A program made the position numbers and the translations under genes. Under the pieces are notes generated by a model. That model did no database searches, was not told the DNA's origin, and saw nothing but the letters and a program-made list of their open reading frames with translations. DNA of 64,000 nucleotides from Candidatus Bathyarchaeota archaeon (GTDB lineage: Archaea; Thermoproteota; CALKCG01; B24): assembly GCA_021161255.1 (NCBI GenBank), contig JAGHAZ010000037.1, positions 17,666 through 81,665 on the forward strand, written 5' to 3'. Below, piece after piece: positions 28,703 to 36,918 of the stretch (its first letter is position 1; each line of letters starts with the position of its first letter).

Positions 28703-28951
28703 GTGCAGCTCTTGCCAAGAAGGTCTAGGAAAAAGACACAGGTCGAGCTGAACGTCGCCGATCATAGGCACTGCGAGGTTTGTGGAAAGGTAATCCCCCC
28801 GGGTGAAAAATACTGCTCTCCAAAGTGTGAGGAGAAGGCTGCTAAAGAGAGACAGAGCATGGAGAGGCTTAGGAAGGTATGGATAGCCATGATAATCATA
28901 TTCATAGCGTTGATGATCGTGCCGTATCTATTTCAAATCCTCGGAGGCTAA
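28703..28951 (+). CDS. DUF2116-like zinc-ribbon protein with C-terminal TM helix
   Basis: 'HRHCEVCGKVIPPGEKYCSPKCEEKAAKERQ' followed by 'VWIAMIIIFIALMIVPYLF'. Confidence 0.55.
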   Translation: MQLLPRRSRKKTQVELNVADHRHCEVCGKVIPPGEKYCSPKCEEKAAKERQSMERLRKVWIAMIIIFIALMIVPYLFQILGG

Positions 28952-28963
28952 CCGTAGGGGGGT

Positions 28964-29701
28964 ATGGGTTTGACCCAGACTAAGAAGAGAAAGCGTAGAA
29001 GAAAGAGTACGTTTTCCCTGGGAGACCCCTTCCCGCTTAAGCTGTTTGAGGACTATATGAAGAAGTGGAAGCAATATAGTGGCGGTGTCATAGTTTGTGA
29101 GCCTAAGAAAACTAAGACGAGGTTTGACAGGATAATATTCCAATCTAGGGTCGTGGGTTTCTTCGACAGGGTATGGATTATGACAGCTATTTGGGATTGC
29201 GTAACCCAGGGTGATATGAACGAGTTGTATGCTAAGGTCTATAGAGAACTTAAGCCTATGGAGTGTAGGCTCTACAGTAAAGGAATTATACGTAAAAGGT
29301 TCTACTTCGCTCCGGAACCTACCCTAAGTAAGCTTGAGAAGATAATACCAGGTTTTAAAATATCCGATAGTCTCTCTAAGAAGCTTAACAGGAGTAAGCG
29401 TATAATGGAGCTTGTGAGGTCTGTTAGACCTGGGTCGCTCACCATATCTCTGCTGTCTGTACCTGTCATGTTTCAGCCTTTCGCATCTCAGGAGGCGGCT
29501 TTGCTTAAAGGGATGGCTTCGTTTTACGAGGAGCCTGAGAGCATCACCTGGATGGTGACGCTGAGTAAAATGTTCAACAGATGGATCGGTATAAAGAAGG
29601 AGCGCGACGATATCATGCGGCTTCTGAATAGTATACACACGGTTATAAGGAGGAAGACGATGAAAGTTATCCGGCAGATAGAGCAATTGTCTACTCCTTA
29701 A
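28964..29701 (+). CDS. Hypothetical protein (245 aa), basic N-terminus
   Basis: ORF lies 12 nt downstream of the DUF2116-like gene. 'TKKRKRRRKS' at the N-terminus. No family recognised. Confidence 0.45.
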   Translation: MGLTQTKKRKRRRKSTFSLGDPFPLKLFEDYMKKWKQYSGGVIVCEPKKTKTRFDRIIFQSRVVGFFDRVWIMTAIWDCVTQGDMNELYAKVYRELKPMECRLYSKGIIRKRFYFAPEPTLSKLEKIIPGFKISDSLSKKLNRSKRIMELVRSVRPGSLTISLLSVPVMFQPFASQEAALLKGMASFYEEPESITWMVTLSKMFNRWIGIKKERDDIMRLLNSIHTVIRRKTMKVIRQIEQLSTP

Positions 29702-30170
29702 GCCTCGGCAAAAGGTCGAAGACGAACTTCGCGATATGAAGCTTTGTAAGCTTATATTCTCCACTCTCCCTCACCACTCGTCCATGTTTAACCATGGAGG
29801 CTAAGGTGTTGTATATCGTTTTCAAAGCCTTTCCAGTGGTTCTAGAAAGCTCGGTCGGAGTCATAGATTCCTTCTCTAACTTCCCTATCCTAAATCCTAT
29901 ATAAGCACCCACCAGGCTCAGCGTTATCGCCTCCTCTGCGGTTAAACCTGTTTTCCTAAGTATTATACCCCCTTCTGTTATCGTCAGGAGGTTTGAACAT
30001 TCCCTCATAAGTCTGTCAAGATTGGGCTCATACACTATCTTAGAAATAGCCTCGTAAGCCGGATACACCTTACTAAGCCACTCAAAAACGGCTTCCAAGA
30101 CGTCGTCCAGCGTACCTGTGAACGACGTTTCCATCTCACCTAACCTAACCCTGACCTCTATTTCGCTCAA
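29691..30170 (-). CDS. Paralogue 3 of a small N-domain + winged-helix family
   Basis: TTG start. 'IEVRVRLGEMETSFTGTLDDVLEAVFEWLSKVYP' ... 'ELSRTTGKALKTIYNTLASMVKHGRVVRESGEYKLT'. Same architecture as 30173..30661, 30658..31200 and 31420..31821. Confidence 0.55.
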   Translation of the reverse strand: MSEIEVRVRLGEMETSFTGTLDDVLEAVFEWLSKVYPAYEAISKIVYEPNLDRLMRECSNLLTITEGGIILRKTGLTAEEAITLSLVGAYIGFRIGKLEKESMTPTELSRTTGKALKTIYNTLASMVKHGRVVRESGEYKLTKLHIAKFVFDLLPRLKE

Positions 30171-30172
30171 TA

Positions 30173-30661
30173 CTACCCACCCCTGATCTTCGGAACCACG
30201 TCTGAAATGAAGACATTCAGACCCTTCAAAGTAATCTTATACTCTCCTCTCTCGAGCTTCTCGACCAGCTGTCTGTTCAGAAGCTCGCTTAACCTAGCGC
30301 TAAGCGTTTTCCTAGACTTAGCTAGCTGTTTAGACAGCTCTTCTAGAGATATGGAGGGCTTATCAGATTTCCCAAACATATAGGCCAGGTATCTAGTTGT
30401 CAGCGCTAAGAGACAGCTCTCTGAAACAGTTAAGCCGCCGATGTCAGCTAGTATAACGGGCTCTGGATTTATAGCGATTAAGCCTTTGAGTGCTTCTGAA
30501 ACCTTCTCGAGGTCTAAATTTAAGCTTAGGTTTCTAACGAGCCTAATCTCTGGATATAACTCCATGACGAATTTTAATAACCCCCTCGTAACGTCTTCGA
30601 CGGTTCCCGAGAACTCAGCCGTCCCCTTCTCGAAGAATACCTTAACTCTAAGCTGGCTCAT
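30173..30661 (-). CDS. Paralogue 2 of a small N-domain + winged-helix family
   Basis: 'LRVKVFFEKGTAEFSGTVEDVTRGLLKFVMELYP' ... 'ELSKQLAKSRKTLSARLSELLNRQLVEKLERGEYKIT'. ATGA overlap with the upstream paralogue. Confidence 0.55.
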   Translation of the reverse strand: MSQLRVKVFFEKGTAEFSGTVEDVTRGLLKFVMELYPEIRLVRNLSLNLDLEKVSEALKGLIAINPEPVILADIGGLTVSESCLLALTTRYLAYMFGKSDKPSISLEELSKQLAKSRKTLSARLSELLNRQLVEKLERGEYKITLKGLNVFISDVVPKIRGG

Positions 30662-31200
30662 AAGATGCCCTCCCTGAGCTTGGGAAGTATAGTTTTTTCA
30701 ACCCAAAGCTGACCTTGAGCCGAAAGCTTCCAGAGAGCCTCCTTCGGGTTAGGTTTGAAAACCTTACCGGTCTTAGCCATCTCCTTGAGCCTAGCCGAGG
30801 TGTTTGAGACCTTGATCCCAGAGTTGCGGAGCAGTAAAGTTATCGTCTTAGGATCGGATATCTGCCCCTCGGAAGCATATAACACAAGGCCTATAGCTTC
30901 ATACTGGCTTAGCCTAGCCTTCTCAGGAGCAACTATCACAGGACCGTCGACACTCAGCTCCACGATACCCTCCAGGAGGTTAGGCAAGTCAGAGCTCTTT
31001 TCCGGAATGTATAGAACCCTCGATCTGCGGTCAGCCTCCAGAACCTGTTTGACCCGTAACACGCCTTCGAGACCCATCGCAGAAGCCTCTTCCACGATAG
31101 CTTTGACGAGTCTAAGCTTTCTCTTAAGCTCCTCAGAGTCTGAAAACTCGAACTCTAGTGAACCGAACCACGTCTGAAAAACAGCCCTAACACCGTTCAT
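30658..31200 (-). CDS. Paralogue 1 of a small N-domain + winged-helix family
   Basis: 'VFQTWFGSLEFEFSDSEELKRKLRLVKAIVEEA' ... 'ITLLLRNSGIKVSNTSARLKEMAKTGKVFKPNPKEALWKLS'. First gene of the three-gene operon. Confidence 0.5.
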   Translation of the reverse strand: MNGVRAVFQTWFGSLEFEFSDSEELKRKLRLVKAIVEEASAMGLEGVLRVKQVLEADRRSRVLYIPEKSSDLPNLLEGIVELSVDGPVIVAPEKARLSQYEAIGLVLYASEGQISDPKTITLLLRNSGIKVSNTSARLKEMAKTGKVFKPNPKEALWKLSAQGQLWVEKTILPKLREGIL

Positions 31201-31284
31201 TCTAGTAGAATAAATTAAACTAACTTGTATATAAGCTTATACATATTCCCTCAGTTTCCCAAATATAAAAACTCTTAACCAGGC

Positions 31285-31390
31285 TTTTTTCCATGAAATT
31301 CTATGGAAAAAATCCGTGATATAAATCCGTGGGAATAACAGGGTAAACATGAGCTAGTGAATTCCATGGATTTTTCCATAGAATTTTACA
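31285..31390. promoter_or_regulatory. Nested inverted/direct repeat array (TTCCAT/ATGGAA half-sites) between the 133-aa wHTH gene and the three-paralogue operon
   Basis: TTTTTTCCAT(31285-94)-N8-ATGGAAAAAA(31303-12). GAAATTCTATGGAAAAAATCC (31295-315) pairs with GGATTTTTCCATAGAATTTT (31368-87), with a 1-nt indel. AAATCCGTG occurs twice (31310-18, 31323-31). TCCATGGA palindrome at 31363-70. Confidence 0.6.
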
Positions 31391-31419
31391 GGACTCCCGA
31401 TAAAGGCTCTTTTCCATCT

Positions 31420-31821
31420 TCACATAACGGGAGGGCGTTTCTGGTAATACCTATACTTACCTTTCTTACCATCCCGGTAGAGTATCCCGCTTCTGACGAG
31501 GTCTGCTAGCATGTGAGCCACCGCTGTCCTATCGTAGTGAAATCCACGTTTACTCATCTCCTCATGGGTTTCGGCTAAAGACCTTCCCACGCTAAACCAG
31601 CCCTCCCGCCATAGGCTGAGAATCACTCCTCTGCAGGTAGAAGGTATAGGTTCTCTAGCCTCCTTATCCTCCGGCTTAACAGGCTCACGTTCACTGATAG
31701 GAACGTTTTGGAAGGCTGTGAGAAATTCTTCCACGGCTTTTCTGAGCTGGTCTTCTTTACACTCTATCTCCGCCTCTACTCCACGGTATTTCAACCGTAT
31801 CTTAACCTTCCTATTTTCCAT
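31420..31821 (-). CDS. Paralogue 4 (shortest) of the small N-domain + winged-helix family; likely local regulator
   Basis: 'VKIRLKYRGVEAEIECKEDQLRKAVEEFLTAF' ... 'MSKRGFHYDRTAVAHMLADLVRSGILYRDGKKGKYRYY'. Divergent from the NurA-like gene. Confidence 0.55.
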   Translation of the reverse strand: MENRKVKIRLKYRGVEAEIECKEDQLRKAVEEFLTAFQNVPISEREPVKPEDKEAREPIPSTCRGVILSLWREGWFSVGRSLAETHEEMSKRGFHYDRTAVAHMLADLVRSGILYRDGKKGKYRYYQKRPPVM

Positions 31822-31834
31822 CTATGCTCACTTT

Positions 31835-31852
31835 GTTGATTGAACAATCAAC
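31835..31852. promoter_or_regulatory. 18-nt palindrome GTTGATTG-AA-CAATCAAC in the divergent promoter region (candidate operator)
   Basis: Perfect 8+2+8 inverted repeat, 14 nt upstream of the minus-strand ATG (31821). A TATA-like CTTATAAG (31860-67) and a GGTGAT SD-like element precede the NurA-like ATG at 31900. Confidence 0.55.
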
Positions 31853-31899
31853 AACAACACTTATAAGGTGGTTCCTCCCTAACTAAGGTTGGTGATTGC

Positions 31900-33048
31900 A
31901 TGGATATAAGCGTTTCCCCCTCAACAAGCAATAACCAGGATGGTTTAAAGACGGCTTTATGGCTCAAGGAGATGCCCTACATCAAGCTGTACCAGGAGCT
32001 TATCGATAAAGGAACGGAACTTCTCCTAGACAGGCTGAGGAGGTATAGGAAGGAGATATATAGTCTTATAGATGACCTTAGAGGCAGGGTTAAGGTTTAC
32101 AAAGCCTCGTATGACGAGGATGGACCGGCATCGTCTAGGATAGTGGGTGTAGACGCTGGTAGAAACGGAACAGAGTATAAATTCGCGTATATCCCCCTCT
32201 ATGGCGCGGTAGCTGTTTTGGTTGAAAACTGGAGCATAGTCGAGGAGCCTCTATGCGTAACCGGTCCGCCTGATATATGGACGTCTGAAGTCGACCCTGA
32301 TAAGCGTGAAAGCCTGCTACACATGGCTTTGGAGTACTACGTAGCTTCCAAGGCCGTCGAAAGGTGGAAGCCAGACTACCTACTGCTGGACGGAGGAATA
32401 GTCCTCAACCCGAGGTTATATCCCGGGTTTAAAACCTCACCTCAGTATGAGGGGGACTTCTACTTCACGGTCATAACGGTGCTTGAGCTTCTAGAGAACT
32501 GTAGAAAGTTCAAGGTGCCGGTCTTAGGGTTTGTGAAACGCACGCATATGAGCTTCTATACATCGTATACCAAGAACCCCCAGATAAGAGACTCGATATT
32601 GATGAACTTTATACTCCGAGATGGAGAGTACTCGGAGCCGTTTAGGGTCGAGAACGAGATCACGCAGTCCTACAAAACGGTCGCCGAGGATTTAGGCTAC
32701 AGCTCCACTCTACCGGTGATATACTCCAGCTACGTTAAGACAGGGTCGATGCCGTTTAGGGTCGAAATTCCACTGTTCTGCTTGGATAAGATTGAGGAGC
32801 TGATGTCGATCGTATGGACCATGGCTGGTCTAAACGGCATACCGTATCCTATTCATGAAGCAGATAGGCTTTCGAGGATAACGCGTCCGACGTCTAACGT
32901 ACATTCGCTCGTACTTTATTCTAAAGCCTTAGAGCTCGTCAAAAGAGGGGAGATGGAGCTCAAGGACCTAGACTTGCTTCTCTTAGAGTATGGTGAAAGC
33001 TGGGTTTTGAACAGCAGGCTCGACGGTCTTGAGGGTGAAGGTGTTTGA
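31900..33048 (+). CDS. nurA: NurA-domain 5'-3' nuclease-like protein
   Basis: 'RIVGVDAGRNGTEYKFAYIPLYGAVAV' and 'DYLLLDGGIVLNPR' resemble the NurA catalytic Asp motifs; 382 aa. Stop overlaps (TTGA) the HerA-like start. Confidence 0.65.
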   Translation: MDISVSPSTSNNQDGLKTALWLKEMPYIKLYQELIDKGTELLLDRLRRYRKEIYSLIDDLRGRVKVYKASYDEDGPASSRIVGVDAGRNGTEYKFAYIPLYGAVAVLVENWSIVEEPLCVTGPPDIWTSEVDPDKRESLLHMALEYYVASKAVERWKPDYLLLDGGIVLNPRLYPGFKTSPQYEGDFYFTVITVLELLENCRKFKVPVLGFVKRTHMSFYTSYTKNPQIRDSILMNFILRDGEYSEPFRVENEITQSYKTVAEDLGYSSTLPVIYSSYVKTGSMPFRVEIPLFCLDKIEELMSIVWTMAGLNGIPYPIHEADRLSRITRPTSNVHSLVLYSKALELVKRGEMELKDLDLLLLEYGESWVLNSRLDGLEGEGV

Positions 33049-34601
33049 GGCAGATAGGCTATGTGTTATCTGGCTGCAATCAAAACAGAGTCTCCTTCGT
33101 CATCATGGAGGACGCAGAGGTCTATGTAAACGGCTACTACTTCATCAATCACCCCTTAAGCCCTGTAGGAGAATTCAACCCCGTCCTGCTGAGGGTTCAC
33201 AAGATAACGCCTTATAATCCTGAGATGACTGTGGGAAGCTTCGGACCCATAGCCGGTAAGAAGGGTGAGAAAGCATACTACGGTAAGAAGCTCGAATACC
33301 TGGTGGCCTGGGCGGAGGTCTTAGGCTACATCTCCTGGGATGGGAAATGGAGGAGGCTCGAATGCAGCCCGAACACATGGGACTCGGTATACGAACCGAA
33401 CCAGGAGGAGTTGAAAGGCTTCTTCCTGAAACTCTCAGGTAGACGTTTGATCGATAGAACAGACTTCCCGGTGAAGATAGGACGGCATAGGGGACTAGAC
33501 ATGCCCTTCTACCTAGACCTAAACGCGATAGCAAAGGGACACATGTTCGTCGCAGGAATGACCAGGTCAGGGAAGAGTACTTTTGTGTTGAACCTTATGG
33601 CTAGGTCGTTGGAGCAGGAGCCTAAGCCTAGGTTTATAGTTTTCGATAGGCGGTGTGAGTATAGCTTGTTGACTAAGTATGGTGCGGTTATGCTTCCTTA
33701 TTTCAGGTTTGTGCCTAGGGCGGAGCTTGTGTCTCCTGAGCTTGTCGCTTCTAGGCTGGGTTTAGACCCTCGGAGAAGCGATGGTAGGCTTTTATGCGAG
33801 GCTTTGAACTCCATAAGGGCGGAGGGGCTGGAGCTTACGGTTAAAAACGTCCTTAGGAAATGCGTCGAGATCTCGCCTTATCTTCTCTCTAGGGGGAGGG
33901 ACTCTGTGCTCGCGAAGATCAGGTGGGTTCTCGATAAGCGTGGGAGTCAATTGTTCGGGATAGAGCATAAGCCGTTAAACATAATAGAAACGGTCTACCG
34001 GAATCCTGCGGTTATAGTGGACTTCTCCGTCGACGCGAACATAGAGGATCAGCAGCTGGCGGCTAAGTATATCATAAGGAACGTGATGCACTATGCTGTA
34101 GAGCATAGGAAGGCCGGGGACTTCGCGGTTATATTCGTCATAGAGGAGGCTCAGTATTTCATACCTGAGAGGGGTCTTAAGATAGAGGTCGGAAGCCCGG
34201 AGAAGACGGGTGTGGATAAGCAGATAATAGAGGCCATAAGTCAAGCAGGAGGATACAACGTAGGCTTCATACTGGTTACCCAGAGACCTGCTTATGTCTC
34301 TAAATCCGTGATCTCGCAGTGTAACACGATAGCCGCGTTCAGGCTTATGGCCGGTAACGACCAGGAGGCCATAATAAAATATTCCGAGTACGGTAGCGAG
34401 CGGATGGCCGACTACCTCCCCGGTTTAGCAGACCATGAAGCTTTGATATGGGGTATGGCGTCCCCTGTCCCGTTTCCGGTTACCGTCGAGGTCGACGTGA
34501 AAGATTATCCGGCTAAAACAAGTGTGGTAGCTAAAGTCGCTTGGGAAAGGATGGGGTTAGTAGACCGTTCGACGGAGGATGAGGTCAAAGAGGTAGCGTA
34601 A
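33045..34601 (+). CDS. herA: HerA/FtsK-superfamily (DUF87-type) ATPase with N-terminal HAS-barrel-like domain
   Basis: Walker A 'VAGMTRSGKSTFVLNLM', Walker B 'AVIFVIEEAQYFIPE', 'GFILVTQRPAYVSKSVISQCNT'. N-terminal beta-rich ~100 aa. Confidence 0.8.
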   Translation: MRQIGYVLSGCNQNRVSFVIMEDAEVYVNGYYFINHPLSPVGEFNPVLLRVHKITPYNPEMTVGSFGPIAGKKGEKAYYGKKLEYLVAWAEVLGYISWDGKWRRLECSPNTWDSVYEPNQEELKGFFLKLSGRRLIDRTDFPVKIGRHRGLDMPFYLDLNAIAKGHMFVAGMTRSGKSTFVLNLMARSLEQEPKPRFIVFDRRCEYSLLTKYGAVMLPYFRFVPRAELVSPELVASRLGLDPRRSDGRLLCEALNSIRAEGLELTVKNVLRKCVEISPYLLSRGRDSVLAKIRWVLDKRGSQLFGIEHKPLNIIETVYRNPAVIVDFSVDANIEDQQLAAKYIIRNVMHYAVEHRKAGDFAVIFVIEEAQYFIPERGLKIEVGSPEKTGVDKQIIEAISQAGGYNVGFILVTQRPAYVSKSVISQCNTIAAFRLMAGNDQEAIIKYSEYGSERMADYLPGLADHEALIWGMASPVPFPVTVEVDVKDYPAKTSVVAKVAWERMGLVDRSTEDEVKEVA

Positions 34602-35583
34602 CCGGTTTACCTGTCTCAGCCGATTTTACGGCGGCAAGCGTTAACTCTAGGGTTTTCACCCCTTCAGATATAGGCGTTCTCGTATCTCTATCCTCTAGGA
34701 TCGCGTTCACCAGGTCCAATTCCGCCAGAGCCATAGGTGCTCTTGAAGGCTCCCTATGCTCCTCAATGGTGAATGGTGTTTTACCGCTCCAGTAGATTCT
34801 CAGATGGTTGGGGTCTTCTGACTCCAGCATAGCGTCGCGTCCTATTATGCTCCATCTCAGCCACCAGTATCCCGGAGCGGCTCCTATGGTCGAAGAGACG
34901 ACTCCGATGGCTCCGGATTTAAACCTCATCATCACACTGCTCACGTCTTCTATGGTCATGTCCTTTACATCGGTGTAGAATCGTCTATCCATTTCCGCAT
35001 AGACCCTCTCCACGTCTCCGCATAACCATCTTAAAATGTCGTATAGGTGGGTAGACTGCTCGACTATCTGACCTCCGCTCTTAGACCTGTCGATCCACCA
35101 GTCTCGTCTGATGAACCTACACCAATAGACCCCGTTAACCAACCCTATGGCGCCGGCCTCGCCGGATTCTATGATCCTCTTCGCTCTCTCCACCCCGGCT
35201 GCAAACCTTAGCTGGTAGCCTACTTGGCTTTTAACCCCATACTTCTCGACGGCCCTAGCCATCTCCCTCGCAAGCTCGATGTCTAGGGCTATGGGCTTCT
35301 CGATGTATATGTGTATCCCCTTCTCGGCTGCAACCATCACCTCGTCCCTATGCGCAAACGGGGGTAGGCATATGAAGACTAGGTCGAGCTTAGATTTTTC
35401 AAGCATCTCCCTCCAATCTGCATAGGCCTCTCCACCGTAGGTTGAGGCTAGGGCCTTAGCCCTATCGATGGATATATCGCTGAACGCCTTAAGCTCCACT
35501 CTATTAAGTCTTGCGAGGTTATCGATGTGGGCTCTGGCTATACCTCCGCATCCTATAAACCCGACGGCTAAATGTCTAGACAT
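34585..35583 (-). CDS. Gfo/Idh/MocA-family NAD(P)-dependent oxidoreductase
   Basis: 'LAVGFIGCGGIARAHIDNL' Rossmann N-terminus and 'IYIEKPIA' (EKP motif). Confidence 0.85.
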   Translation of the reverse strand: MSRHLAVGFIGCGGIARAHIDNLARLNRVELKAFSDISIDRAKALASTYGGEAYADWREMLEKSKLDLVFICLPPFAHRDEVMVAAEKGIHIYIEKPIALDIELAREMARAVEKYGVKSQVGYQLRFAAGVERAKRIIESGEAGAIGLVNGVYWCRFIRRDWWIDRSKSGGQIVEQSTHLYDILRWLCGDVERVYAEMDRRFYTDVKDMTIEDVSSVMMRFKSGAIGVVSSTIGAAPGYWWLRWSIIGRDAMLESEDPNHLRIYWSGKTPFTIEEHREPSRAPMALAELDLVNAILEDRDTRTPISEGVKTLELTLAAVKSAETGKPVTLPL

Positions 35584-35691
35584 AGAGACCAGCTAGATAG
35601 CTGAGGTCTCGAAGTTAAAAGGTTAACCCTTGAAGAAGGGAAATCCTTAATAACGAACCGACCCTATCCGGGTCATGGTTGGTGGCGACTT

Positions 35692-36072
35692 TTGAGCGAG
35701 GCTGAAAGACGTAGGAAGGGAGTTTTCCTAGTCTTCTGCATGTTCGTAGGTATGGGTATAGGGTTCATACTCATCGAACAGCTCGGAGGCTTAGGATTTG
35801 TGGCTTCCATGTTCATAGGTATGGGCGTCGGCTTCCTTTTAGATGCACTAATAGTCGTGGAGAAACGCAGAATAGCCGTGAAGATCCCTATCAAGGCCGG
35901 GGGATTGGTATCGATGTTGATCGGAGCCCTATTCATAGCGGGAGGGGGGTTAGCCATAGCGGCACCGGAGTTGCTTAAAAGGTATGCGATCCAGTTCGTA
36001 GGGTTGGGTATGATAGCCGCAGGGGTCTACCTTATGCTCTTTGGATATTCATATGTAAAGGCTAAAACGTGA
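35692..36072 (+). CDS. Small integral membrane protein (126 aa)
   Basis: Four hydrophobic, Gly-rich segments. The antisense ORF 35673..35957 is less gene-like. No family recognised. Confidence 0.4.
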   Translation: MSEAERRRKGVFLVFCMFVGMGIGFILIEQLGGLGFVASMFIGMGVGFLLDALIVVEKRRIAVKIPIKAGGLVSMLIGALFIAGGGLAIAAPELLKRYAIQFVGLGMIAAGVYLMLFGYSYVKAKT

Positions 36073-36078
36073 GAGCCA

Positions 36079-36888
36079 TTATATGAGTCCCTCATAGACC
36101 TCTGGCCTTCTATGTTTAAGCATGGGAAGAGCCTCTCTAACATGGTCGACTCTATCTAAGCTTATCCAGGCCGTTACTAGGCAGGGCTTCTCTAACCCCC
36201 TAGCCACCACTACTCCAAAGGGATCCACTATACAGGTTCCACCCGTGAAGGGCCCTCCTATTTGGCAAGACGCGGCTACGTAGATTCCGTTCTCTAGGGC
36301 TCTAGTCTTCAGGATCGTTTCCAAGTGAGCCTCTTTAAACGGTCCGCTGAACCAGGCCGTGGGCACTAGTAGGAGGTTCATCCCCCTAACCGCTAGAAGC
36401 CTGGCGAGTTCGGGAAACCGTATATCATAGCATATGGACACGGCTATATGCCAACCATTCACTTCCAAAATGGTGGATGGAGAATCACCTGCTTCGAAGA
36501 CTTGAGACTCCTTCACGTTTAAGGCGTCGAATAGATGGATTTTACGGTATTTCAGAACGATCTTCCCCTCGTTATCCAGGATGACCGCGGTATCGTAGAG
36601 TTTCCCATCAGATTCTTCGACCACACCGAAGGCTAGGTAGACCCTATACTTCTTTGCCAGGTTGGACATAGCACCTGTCAAAGGACCTGGGATCGGTTCG
36701 GCTAACCTACGGAGTTCTCCGAGCGACCCGAAGCCTGGGAAGTACTCGGGAAAGCATATGAGTCTGCAACCTCCTGCAGAGGCCTCGGATACGTACTCCT
36801 CAGCTTCTGCGAGTATTTGGTCTTTAGCTTTACCCACGGAATCGAATTGGACGCATGCTATCTTAAACCGTCGACCCAGGAAGACCAT
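36079..36888 (-). CDS. Carbon-nitrogen hydrolase (nitrilase superfamily)
   Basis: 'ICFPEYF' (Glu), 'YRKIHLF' (Lys) and 'VSICYDIRFPE' (Cys) form the E-K-C triad. Confidence 0.85.
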   Translation of the reverse strand: MVFLGRRFKIACVQFDSVGKAKDQILAEAEEYVSEASAGGCRLICFPEYFPGFGSLGELRRLAEPIPGPLTGAMSNLAKKYRVYLAFGVVEESDGKLYDTAVILDNEGKIVLKYRKIHLFDALNVKESQVFEAGDSPSTILEVNGWHIAVSICYDIRFPELARLLAVRGMNLLLVPTAWFSGPFKEAHLETILKTRALENGIYVAASCQIGGPFTGGTCIVDPFGVVVARGLEKPCLVTAWISLDRVDHVREALPMLKHRRPEVYEGLI

Positions 36889-36918
36889 AGGTTTTAACCT
36901 ACCGGGGAAAACACGATA

